Positions 18,579 to 27,604 of a stretch of 55,667 nucleotides of DNA are shown one piece after another. The DNA is from Vicinamibacterales bacterium (lineage in GTDB: Bacteria > Acidobacteriota > Vicinamibacteria > Vicinamibacterales > UBA2999): assembly GCA_036374815.1 (NCBI GenBank), contig DASUSZ010000232.1:1-55667 (forward strand), read 5' to 3'. Below the pieces are notes generated by a model. That model made no database searches. It was not told where the DNA came from and saw only the letters and a list, made by a program, of their open reading frames with translations. Each line of letters opens with the position of its first letter. Position 1 is the stretch's first letter. A program made the position numbers and the translations under genes.

Positions 18579-19427
18579 GTGTCCACGGCAGTTATCGTCG
18601 GCGCGGGCGATATCGGCGGCGCGCTGGCGCGCCAGCTCGCGGCGGCCGACGTCGTCAATCGCATCGTCATCGTTGACGATCTCGCGAACGTTGCCGCCGG
18701 GAAAGCGCTCGATGTGGCGCAGTCGGCGCCGGTGGATGGTTATCACACCGCGATGTCGGGCACTGCCGATCTCGCCGCGGTGGTTGGCGCCGTGGCCGTG
18801 ATCGTGGCCGACGTGGCTGCGAATCCGGTCACCGAGTGGAAAGACGAACCCGGGCTGGCGCTGATCAAACGTATTGCGGGCCTCAACCAGCGCGCGCCGA
18901 TCATCTGCGCCGGCGCCGCGCAATCGAGCCTGGTGGAACGCGGCGTCAACGAAGCGGGCATCCCGCGCGTGCGCCTGTTCGGCTCCGCGCCGGAAGCGCT
19001 ACGCGCCGCGGTGACCGCAATCGTCGCCCTCGAGGCAAACGCCGCGCCGGGGGATATTTCGCTGTCGGTGCTCGGACGCGCGCCGCAGCAGATCATCGTG
19101 CCGTGGGACGAGACGGCCATTGCCGGCCGGCGCGCCACCGAAGTCCTGAGCGCCGCGCAACTGGCGCGGCTCGACGCGCGCATTGCGCGATTGTGGCCGC
19201 CCGGACCCTACGCGCTCGCCAGTGCCGCAACACGCGTCATCCGGACGGCGCTGACGCGCGCGCCGCGCGTCCACGCGGCAATGGTCGCCGTCAATCGCGA
19301 GGAAGGATCGCCGGGCCGTTCGGCGATGATGCCGGTCACCCTGGCGCCCACGGGCATTGCCGCGCTGGTGGCGCCGTCACTGTCGGCGCGCGATCGGGTT
19401 CGCTTCGAAACGACTATGCGGGCCTAG
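18579..19427 (+). CDS. lactate/malate dehydrogenase-like NAD-binding protein, apparently lacking the catalytic His
   Basis: GTG start. N-terminus VIVGAGDIGGALA...IVIVDD is Ldh_1_N-like. The positions equivalent to GEHG read GRAPQQ, and the PRKPG substrate loop is absent. Confidence 0.55.
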   Translation: MSTAVIVGAGDIGGALARQLAAADVVNRIVIVDDLANVAAGKALDVAQSAPVDGYHTAMSGTADLAAVVGAVAVIVADVAANPVTEWKDEPGLALIKRIAGLNQRAPIICAGAAQSSLVERGVNEAGIPRVRLFGSAPEALRAAVTAIVALEANAAPGDISLSVLGRAPQQIIVPWDETAIAGRRATEVLSAAQLARLDARIARLWPPGPYALASAATRVIRTALTRAPRVHAAMVAVNREEGSPGRSAMMPVTLAPTGIAALVAPSLSARDRVRFETTMRA

Positions 19428-19428
19428 T

Positions 19429-19456
19429 CCGGGAGCCGGGAACCGGGAACCGGGGG
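19429..19456. repeat. 4 x 7-bp tandem repeat CCGGGAR between convergent genes
   Basis: Units are ccgggag, ccgggaa, ccgggaa and ccggggg. Together they fill the 31-bp spacer. Confidence 0.85.
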
Positions 19457-19458
19457 CG

Positions 19459-20127
19459 TTAAATTGCAGCCGGAGCTGCTGCGTCTGGTACGCGCTCGAA
19501 CACGCGCGCGAAATGCCCGACGAAACGATCTTCTACTTCTTCCATCGCGACCGCGCGGCCAAGCTTCGATTGCAGCGACGTCACGCCCTTGTCGGCGATG
19601 CCGCACGGCACGATCAGGTTGAAGAAATCGACGTCGGTGGTGACGTTGAACGCGAAGCCGTGGCTCGTGATCCAGCGCGAGATTCGCACGCCGATCGCCC
19701 CGATCTTCTCATCGCCAAGCCAGGCGCCGCTGAATCCCTTGACGCGATCGGCCGCGAGGCCGTAGTCCGCGCACACGCGAATCATCACCTCTTCCAGATC
19801 GCGCACGTACTTGTGCACGTCGCGCCGATCCGGATTGAGGTCGAGGATGGGATAACCAACCAGCTGGCCGGGACCGTGGTACGTCACGTCGCCGCCGCGC
19901 CCCGTTTCGAACACGTCGACGCCCAGCGACGCCAACCGCTCCGGCGATGCGAGGATGTGCGAACGGCCGTCTTTCTTGACGCCCACCGTCAGCACGTGCG
20001 GGTGTTGCAGCAGCAGGAGGGTGTCGGGAATGCGATCGGCCTTGCGCTCCTCGACGAGTCGGCGCTGCAGCTCGAGTCCGTCCGCGTAGGGAACGAGCCC
20101 GAGCCGCCGCACGTGGAGAGAGGTCAT
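19459..20127 (-). CDS. lipB: lipoyl(octanoyl) transferase
   Basis: LLLLQHPHVLTVG, RGGDVTYHGPGQLVGYPI and the C-terminal PCG motif. It lies immediately downstream of the E2 gene. Confidence 0.9.
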   Translation of the reverse strand: MTSLHVRRLGLVPYADGLELQRRLVEERKADRIPDTLLLLQHPHVLTVGVKKDGRSHILASPERLASLGVDVFETGRGGDVTYHGPGQLVGYPILDLNPDRRDVHKYVRDLEEVMIRVCADYGLAADRVKGFSGAWLGDEKIGAIGVRISRWITSHGFAFNVTTDVDFFNLIVPCGIADKGVTSLQSKLGRAVAMEEVEDRFVGHFARVFERVPDAAAPAAI

Positions 20128-21512
20128 TACACCTGCGATGGATCGAAGCTCTCGATGCCCTTCTTCACATCGGCCATGAACTGATCGGCGACCGCGCCGT
20201 CGACCAGGCGGTGGTCGTAGCCGAGCGTCAGGTAGCCCATCGTCCGAATCGCGATGGCATCGTCAATCACGACCGCGCGCTTCTCGATCGTGCCGACGCC
20301 GAGAATCGCGACCTGCGGCTGGTTGATGATCGGAAGGCCGAACTGCGCGCCGAAGTTGCCGGGGTTGGTGATCGTGAACGTGCCGCCGTGCACTTCATCC
20401 GGATTCAGCTTCTTGGCACGCGCGCGATCGGCCACGTCCTGGATTGCCTTTGACAATCCGAGCGTGTTCTTTTCGCCGGCGCCCTTCACGACCGGCACGA
20501 TCAGCCCGTTGTCGAGCGCCACCGCGATGCCGAGATTGATGTCGTGGTGATAGACCACGTTGTCGCCGTCGATCGAGGCGTTGATCGTCTTGTGGCGGCG
20601 CAGCGCGTCGACGATGACCTTGGCGATGAACGAGGTGTAGGTCAGCTTCGCGCCGAGGCGCTCGTATTCGTCCTTCTTCGCCTTGCGAATCTGATCGGCC
20701 TTCGAATAGTTGACTTCGAAAACCGAATAGACGTGCGCGGAGGTGCGCTTGCTGAGCACCATGTGCTCGGCGATCTTCTTGCGCATGACCGACATTGGGA
20801 CGGTCTCCGCGCCGGCGCCCTTGACCACAGGCACGGGCGTGGACCGCGTCAGCGCCCCATCCTGAGCGAGCGATCCGCCCGCAGCGCGGCCGGATGGCGA
20901 CTCGGAGGACGGCGACTCGATGAAGCCGAGGATGTCCTGCTTCGTCACCCGCCCGCCGATGCCCGATCCCTGGATCTGCGCGATGTCGACGTTGTGTTCC
21001 TTCGCAATCCTTCTGACGAGCGGCGAGCTCTTGTGCCGCTCGGACGCAGTTGCATCAGGGGCATCCTGTGCGGCGGCTGCGCGCGGTGCGACGGGTGCAG
21101 CTTTCGCCGTGGGCCCGGGATTCGTCGTCGAGGGCGATGCCGGCGAATCAACGGTCGCGCCGGGGGTGCCGTCAGCCTGGGCCGATTGCTTCCCGTTGCC
21201 ACTCGCAGCACGCGATGCACTCGCCGCACCCGATGCGCTCGACGCACCGGACGCCGCCGCACTCGGTTTCTCTCCCGCCGCGCCGATCGTGGCGACGACG
21301 CTGTTGACCGGAACGGTTTCGCCTTCCTTGACCGAGATGGCCGTCAACACGCCGGCCGCGGGCGATGGAATTTCAGCGTCGACTTTGTCGGTGGAAATTT
21401 CGAACAGCGGCTCGTCACGATCGACCGTGTCGCCGACCTTCTTGATCCATCGGACGATCGTGCCCTCGGCAATCGACTCGCCCATCTGCGGCATCACTAC
21501 GGGAGTAGACAT
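20127..21512 (-). CDS. 2-oxoacid dehydrogenase E2 dihydrolipoamide acyltransferase (pyruvate or branched-chain type)
   Basis: Lipoyl domain (EISTDKVDAEIPSP), Ala/Ser/Pro linkers, E3-binding domain (SPLVRRIAKEHNVDI) and catalytic DHRLVDG. Confidence 0.9.
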   Translation of the reverse strand: MSTPVVMPQMGESIAEGTIVRWIKKVGDTVDRDEPLFEISTDKVDAEIPSPAAGVLTAISVKEGETVPVNSVVATIGAAGEKPSAAASGASSASGAASASRAASGNGKQSAQADGTPGATVDSPASPSTTNPGPTAKAAPVAPRAAAAQDAPDATASERHKSSPLVRRIAKEHNVDIAQIQGSGIGGRVTKQDILGFIESPSSESPSGRAAGGSLAQDGALTRSTPVPVVKGAGAETVPMSVMRKKIAEHMVLSKRTSAHVYSVFEVNYSKADQIRKAKKDEYERLGAKLTYTSFIAKVIVDALRRHKTINASIDGDNVVYHHDINLGIAVALDNGLIVPVVKGAGEKNTLGLSKAIQDVADRARAKKLNPDEVHGGTFTITNPGNFGAQFGLPIINQPQVAILGVGTIEKRAVVIDDAIAIRTMGYLTLGYDHRLVDGAVADQFMADVKKGIESFDPSQV

Positions 21513-21580
21513 AACAACCTTCGCTTCATCGGGCTCGCGGGCTACGGGCTGGCGGGAAAAACTTTATTGACTGATTTGTT

Positions 21581-21612
21581 CCCGTAAGCCCGTAGACCGT
21601 CAAGCCCGTAAG
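21581..21612. repeat. 4 x 8-bp tandem repeat CCCGTAAG in the lpdA-E2 spacer; inverse-complementary GGGCT units lie at 21531-21556
   Basis: Units are cccgtaag, cccgtaga, ccgtcaag and cccgtaag. gctacgggctggcggg (21541-21556) can pair with cccgtaagcccgtag (21581-21595). Confidence 0.8.
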
Positions 21613-21615
21613 ACC

Positions 21616-23040
21616 TCACATGTGAATCGCGGCCCCATGCGCAGCATGGGCGGCTTCACCCACGGCTTCCGACATCGTCGGGTGAGCGTGGATCGTCTTG
21701 AGCAACTCTTCGACCGTCACTTCCATCCGCAGCGCCATCACCGCTTCGGCGATCAGCTCCGTCGCGCGCGGGCCGATGATGTGCACGCCGAGAATCTCGT
21801 CGTATTTCTTCTCCGCGACGATCCTGACGAAGCCGTCGACCTCGCCCGCCATGCGGGCGCGGGCCAGCGCGCGGAACGGAAAGCTGCCGACCCGCACGTC
21901 ATGACCTTGCGCCTTGGCCTGCGCTTCCGTCAAGCCGACACTGCCGATCTCCGGCTCGGTGTAGGTGCAGCGCGGCACGTGGTCGTAGTTGATCGGCTGC
22001 ACGTGGTGACCGGCAATGCGCTCGGCGAGCACGATGCCTTCCATCGACGACACGTGGGCGAGCTGATAGTGCGGGCCGCCCATCGTGATCACGTCGCCGA
22101 TCGCGGAAATGCCCGGCACGCTGGTCCTGAACATCTGATCGACCACGATGTAACCGCGATCCATCTTGATGCCAAGCTTCTCGGCGCCAAGTCCTTCGGT
22201 GACCGGACCGCGGCCGGTGGCCACCAGCAGCAGCTCGAAATTCAGCTGCTGCGATTTCTGATCGCCGCCTTGCACCTCGATGTCGACGCCCTTGGCGCCG
22301 GCCTTCGCGGAGGTGACCTTCGATCCGGTCATGACCTTGATGCCGCGCTTCTTGAACGTCCGCTCGAGCTCCGCCGACACCGCTTCGTCTTCGCCCGGCA
22401 CCAGGCGCGGCAGCAGCTCGATGACCGTGACCTCGCTGCCGTAGCTCTTGAAGATCGACGCGAACTCGACGCCGACGGCGCCGCTGCCCATGATCGCGAT
22501 CGACTTCGGCACGGCGGGCAGATGAATCGCCTCGTCGCTGAAGATGATCTTCTTGCGATCGACGTCGATGCCGGGCACGCTGCGCGGCGCCGATCCGGTT
22601 GCGACGATGATCTCTTTCTTCGCGGTCAGCGACTGTTTGCCGCCGTCGTTGAGCGTGACCTCGGCGTTCAGCCCGCCGGTTAGTTGCGCGGTGCCCTTGA
22701 TCCAGTCGATCTTGTTCTTCTTGAACAGCATCTCGATGCCGCCGGTCAGCCCGGCGATCATCTTGTCCTTGCGCGCGTGCACCGCCGGCATGTCGATCGA
22801 GACGCTGGCGCCGTCGATGCCGGTCAGCCCCCACTCCTTCGCCGACTGCGCAACCTTGAGCGCGTGCGCGTGCTCGAGCAGCGCCTTGGTGGGAATGCAG
22901 CCCCAGATCAGGCAGGTGCCGCCGAGCGCTTTCTGTTTCTCGACCACCGCGACCTTGAGGCCCAGCTGCGCGGCGCGAATCGCCGCGACATACCCGCCCG
23001 TGCCCGCACCGATAACTATGACGTCGTACTCGTTAGCCAC
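21616..23040 (-). CDS. lpdA: dihydrolipoyl dehydrogenase (E3)
   Basis: GAGTGGY FAD motif, redox-active CLIWGCIPTK, NAD motif GSGAVG and C-terminal HAHPT. Confidence 0.95.
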   Translation of the reverse strand: MANEYDVIVIGAGTGGYVAAIRAAQLGLKVAVVEKQKALGGTCLIWGCIPTKALLEHAHALKVAQSAKEWGLTGIDGASVSIDMPAVHARKDKMIAGLTGGIEMLFKKNKIDWIKGTAQLTGGLNAEVTLNDGGKQSLTAKKEIIVATGSAPRSVPGIDVDRKKIIFSDEAIHLPAVPKSIAIMGSGAVGVEFASIFKSYGSEVTVIELLPRLVPGEDEAVSAELERTFKKRGIKVMTGSKVTSAKAGAKGVDIEVQGGDQKSQQLNFELLLVATGRGPVTEGLGAEKLGIKMDRGYIVVDQMFRTSVPGISAIGDVITMGGPHYQLAHVSSMEGIVLAERIAGHHVQPINYDHVPRCTYTEPEIGSVGLTEAQAKAQGHDVRVGSFPFRALARARMAGEVDGFVRIVAEKKYDEILGVHIIGPRATELIAEAVMALRMEVTVEELLKTIHAHPTMSEAVGEAAHAAHGAAIHM

Positions 23041-23054
23041 AATCTCTCACTCTG

Positions 23055-23276
23055 TCACGTTTTCTTAATCGACGACAAGGGGACGAAGGTCTGCTGGGGC
23101 GCGGCGGCCCTGGGCGCGGGCGGATCGACCTTCGCCTTTAGCTCGCCGTACTCGGACTTGAGCTGCCAGTACATGTGCGTGACTTCGGCAAGACGGCGCG
23201 CCGTGTGCCTCGCGATCGCAAGGGCCATCAGGGCGAAGACCAGCGCCGCAATCGCGATAATCCAGAGGACGGTCAT
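23055..23276 (-). CDS. small single-pass membrane protein, hypothetical
   Basis: The start at 23276 gives MTVLWIIAIAALVFALMALAIA. It lies 14 nt upstream of lpdA on the same strand. Confidence 0.4.
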   Translation of the reverse strand: MTVLWIIAIAALVFALMALAIARHTARRLAEVTHMYWQLKSEYGELKAKVDPPAPRAAAPQQTFVPLSSIKKT

Positions 23277-23327
23277 ATTCCGAGAACCCAAATCCGAGAT
23301 CCGAAATCGAATCTATACTGCTCCCCA

Positions 23328-24710
<1,383 letters not shown>

Positions 24711-24713
24711 GAA

Positions 24714-25022
24714 TTACGCGGTCGTCTTCTTCGGCAGCACCGCGTCCTTCAGCTGCTTGACGATGCGCGCCTTGACCACCGTCTTGGCGGCGATCGGAAT
24801 CGGCTGCCCGGTGGCGGGGTTGCGTCCGGTGCGCGCGTTGGTCTTCTTCAACACCAGCTTGACCATGCCGGGAATCACGAACTCTCCCGTGCGCTTCAGT
24901 TCCTTCTCACAGAGCGCGGCGAGCTCGTCGAAGAATTCGCGAGACTGCGTGCGCTTCATGTCGAAGCGCTCCGCGAAGTGCGAAAACAATTCCGACTTGC
25001 CCATCTTCCGGGCGTCTTCCAT
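24714..25022 (-). CDS. HU family DNA-binding protein
   Basis: KSELFSHFAE ... RTGRNPATGQPIPIAAK is the HU/IHF arm signature. The start is ambiguous (25034, 25022 or 25004). I chose 25022 because a GGGGGA lies 5 nt upstream. Confidence 0.8.
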   Translation of the reverse strand: MEDARKMGKSELFSHFAERFDMKRTQSREFFDELAALCEKELKRTGEFVIPGMVKLVLKKTNARTGRNPATGQPIPIAAKTVVKARIVKQLKDAVLPKKTTA

Positions 25023-25194
25023 CGTGTCCCCCAAGTGCCCGCCGAGCGGGCAGAAGCGACGCTGCTGAGCGGCGCGAAGTCTTCGCTGAGTAAAGCGGAG
25101 CGTATGCTAACCCCGGCCTATGGGGCTGTCAATCGCGCCTGAAAACAGTGTTCCTCAATAAGCACTGCATGGTTTTGCCATAGACTGATCAACC

Positions 25195-25560
25195 ATGGCC
25201 ACCACGACGATCGAGACCTTCCCGAACCCGCGTCCCGAACGCGAGTTCGAGATCGCGATCGACTGTCCCGAGTTCACCTCGATGTGCCCGAAGACCGGCC
25301 TCCCCGACTTCGGCGTCATCCGCATCCGCTACGTGCCGGACGCGCGCTGCATCGAGCTCAAGTCCCTCAAATACTATCTGCTCGAGTTCCGGAACAAGGG
25401 GATTTTCTACGAGTCGGTCACCAACCAGATCCTGGACGACCTGGTGGCGGCGTGCGCGCCGCGCCGCATGACCGTGGTCGGCGATTTCACCGCCCGCGGC
25501 GGCATAACGACGAAGGTGACAGCCGAATACGGTCAACCGTCCGGAGTCCGCAGTCAATAG
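25195..25560 (+). CDS. queF: NADPH-dependent 7-cyano-7-deazaguanine (preQ0) reductase, unimodular type
   Basis: [15 protein letters not shown] and the LKSLKYYL...F motif are diagnostic of QueF. Confidence 0.9.
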   Translation: MATTTIETFPNPRPEREFEIAIDCPEFTSMCPKTGLPDFGVIRIRYVPDARCIELKSLKYYLLEFRNKGIFYESVTNQILDDLVAACAPRRMTVVGDFTARGGITTKVTAEYGQPSGVRSQ

Positions 25561-25592
25561 TCGGAGTCGGGCAGTCGGGCAGTCCGGCAGTC
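25543..25592. repeat. array of GGAGTC / GGCAGTC units (last three perfect: GGGCAGTC GGGCAGTC CGGCAGTC) ending in GGCAGTCATG
   Basis: Read directly from the sequence. It spans the last codons of queF and the spacer up to the ATG at 25593. The unit and junction match those at 5801-5864. Confidence 0.85.
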
Positions 25593-25877
25593 ATGGACGA
25601 GAACGAGGATCCCATAGTCGTTCCGATCGAGGATTCGATCGACCTGCACAGCTTCGCGCCGCGCGATGTGATCTCGGTCGTGGACGAGTATCTGCGCGCG
25701 GCGCGCGAGGCGGGGTTCGCCGACGTCAGGCTGATTCACGGACGCGGCAAGGGCGTGCAGCGCGCCGACATCCAGCGGCTGCTCCGCGATCATCCGCTGG
25801 TCGAGCGCTACTGGGACGCGCCCGAGTCGCACCTCGGCGCGACGCTAGTCCGCCTGCGCCGTGACGCGGACGCCTGA
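25593..25877 (+). CDS. Smr/MutS2-C domain protein (94 aa)
   Basis: IDLHSF ... VRLIHGRGKGVQR is the Smr domain signature. Confidence 0.8.
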   Translation: MDENEDPIVVPIEDSIDLHSFAPRDVISVVDEYLRAAREAGFADVRLIHGRGKGVQRADIQRLLRDHPLVERYWDAPESHLGATLVRLRRDADA

Positions 25878-26615
25878 ACGATACCGGCTCAATTCGGGGA
25901 ACCCGGCGATCGATCGCGCGATCGCCTCGAGCTGGCCGTTGATCTCGGAGGCGCGCAGCGCCGATACCGGCACGCCGGAATTCACCGCCGACGCCACCGT
26001 GCGGTAATCGCTGTTGACGCTGAACGAGATGTTGAAGCCGAGCACGCGCTCGATCTGGCCGGTCGACAGCACGCCGAATTCGGACGCGCGGTTCAAGATG
26101 ATTTGCAGCCGCTCGCGCGGCACGCCGGCGGTCTTGACCGCGTCGATCAGCCGCTGCAGGTTGCGCAGGCACGGCACGTCGGGGTTGGCCACCATCAGGA
26201 TCGCGTCCGACAACTGCAGCGCGCCGGCCGCCGGCATGGTCAGCGCGGTGCCGACGTCGAGGATGACGTAGTCGTAAATCGCGTTGAGCGCGCGGATGGT
26301 GTGCTCGACCGCGTCGGCCTCGCGCGGCGCCGGCCGGCCAAAGTCGTCGCCGGCCGCCAGCACGTGCAGGCCGCACTCGTGCTCGACGGCGTAGCGCGAC
26401 AGCATCATCGGATCGATCCACGCCAGCTTGTCGAGCGCGGTCAGCAGCGAGTGGCGCGGCCGCAAGCCGAGAAACAGCGCCACGTCGCCAGGTCCGTTTT
26501 TCAAGTCAACGATCACCGTCGAACGTCCGGTGATCCGCCGAAGGTCCGCGGCGCCATTCACGGCCATCGTGGTCGTGCCGGTGCCGCCTTTGGTTCCAAG
26601 GTAAGAAACGATCAT
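25845..26615 (-). CDS. ParA/MinD-superfamily ATPase, CpaE/TadZ-like, with deviant Walker A (KGGTGTTT)
   Basis: N-terminus MIVSYLGTKGGTGTTTMAVN and Walker B-like YDYVILDVG. No other tad/cpa genes are adjacent. Confidence 0.7.
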   Translation of the reverse strand: MIVSYLGTKGGTGTTTMAVNGAADLRRITGRSTVIVDLKNGPGDVALFLGLRPRHSLLTALDKLAWIDPMMLSRYAVEHECGLHVLAAGDDFGRPAPREADAVEHTIRALNAIYDYVILDVGTALTMPAAGALQLSDAILMVANPDVPCLRNLQRLIDAVKTAGVPRERLQIILNRASEFGVLSTGQIERVLGFNISFSVNSDYRTVASAVNSGVPVSALRASEINGQLEAIARSIAGFPELSRYRSGVRVTAQAD

Positions 26616-26890
26616 GCGGACGGCGAAGGCAACCCGTGTGCCATTGCGGGAAACGCGTCGTGCCTAGGAGAAACGCGCAACACGGCGCACCTCCAATCGT
26701 CCCGGCTTTCAGATCCGTAACGGACCTGACACGGATTGTCGGTTGACTGGACCTCGGCGCCAGCGCCAATTTTTGGCAGTGTCCAGCTAACTCGATGCAA
26801 CAGGCCCAGTTGCCGCTGGCCCGGACGGGTGACAATTCGCGGCACGTCGCTTGCTCTATCCAGGGTGCTCCGTGCTCCTGGGGAAAGCTT

Positions 26891-27115
26891 ATGGCCACAT
26901 CGAATAACCGATCGCTCGCACGTCCGGCCAAGGACGAGTGGGGTGTGTATGACCCGCAGCAGGCGGGACTCGCCGCGCTCTTCCAGCGACTCGACACGAC
27001 GAAGGACCCGCATGTCACGACGCCGGCCAGCCGGTTGTCAATGCGTCCGGCCGCGGCGCCGGCCGCGCCGGCCTCGATCCCGACCCGGCCGCCGCTGCGC
27101 GATTCGAACAAGTAG
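26891..27115 (+). CDS. possible small protein (74 aa), hypothetical
   Basis: The ATG at 26891 is preceded by GGGGAAAG. The ORF ends 29 nt before a strong intrinsic terminator. I see no recognisable motif, and the C-terminal half is Pro/Ala-rich. Confidence 0.3.
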   Translation: MATSNNRSLARPAKDEWGVYDPQQAGLAALFQRLDTTKDPHVTTPASRLSMRPAAAPAAPASIPTRPPLRDSNK

Positions 27116-27143
27116 ATCTCCTCGTTCCTCAACGTCCCTGCTC

Positions 27144-27176
27144 GGGCGCCCTCACCAGGGGGCGCCCATTTTTTTT
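27144..27176 (+). terminator. rho-independent terminator: GGGCGCCC stem, 8-nt loop, GGGCGCCC, then A + T8
   Basis: Read directly from the sequence. The T-run is on the plus strand only. Confidence 0.8.
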
Positions 27177-27239
27177 GCGCCGCGCCGCCGCCAACGCTTT
27201 TTGACAGGTCTCCGTCATATAGATATGTTTCATACCTAT

Positions 27240-27587
27240 ATGGCACCAACGGACATCTCGACGAAGTCCCTGCAGAAAGGCAGCGCGGAATTCCTGCTGC
27301 TGTCGATCCTCGACGGTCCCGATCGGCATGGGTATGAGCTGGCGCAGATTATCGAGACGCGGTCGGGCGGCCGATTGAGCTTCAAGGCCGCAACGCTCTA
27401 TCCGCTTTTGTACAAGCTCGAAAAACAGGGTTGGGTGTCGGGACGGTGGGTTGAAAAGGCCGGCGAGCGGCGGCGGCGCTTCTACCGCTTGACGGCGAGC
27501 GGCCGCAAGGTGCTTGGCGCGCGGCGCCGGGTGTGGCGCGAGTTCGTCGACGCGCTCGAACAGGTGGCGAAGATCCGGCACGCCTGA
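27240..27587 (+). CDS. PadR family transcriptional regulator
   Basis: LLLLSILDGPDRHGYELAQ ... LYPLLYKLEKQGWV ... RRFYRLT is the canonical PadR wHTH. An alternative ATG is at 27225. Confidence 0.9.
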   Translation: MAPTDISTKSLQKGSAEFLLLSILDGPDRHGYELAQIIETRSGGRLSFKAATLYPLLYKLEKQGWVSGRWVEKAGERRRRFYRLTASGRKVLGARRRVWREFVDALEQVAKIRHA

Positions 27588-27604
27588 AATTTCCAGGGCC
27601 GCAG

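Noticed and set aside
25035-25194. preQ1 riboswitch upstream of queF
   Set aside because: The 160-bp leader shows no resemblance to the compact preQ1-I/II/III consensus elements I know, such as the conserved A-rich tail and CCUC/AGAGG pairing. Only a weak CATGGTT/AACCATG inverted repeat overlapping the start codon is present. That is insufficient evidence for a riboswitch.
26774-26789. Sigma-54 promoter-like TGGCAG-N-AGCT element in the non-coding gap, near the NtrC-like regulator region
   Set aside because: The GG and GC dinucleotides are one position out of register with the -24/-12 consensus (TGGCAC-N5-TTGC), and the -12 element is poor. This is no better than chance in my judgement.
26506-27249. 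247-aa minus-strand ORF covering the non-coding gap
   Set aside because: It would overlap the CpaE-like gene's 5' end and run through the plus-strand terminator. Its composition is low-complexity (Gly/Ala/Arg/Ser), with no motifs and no plausible start context.
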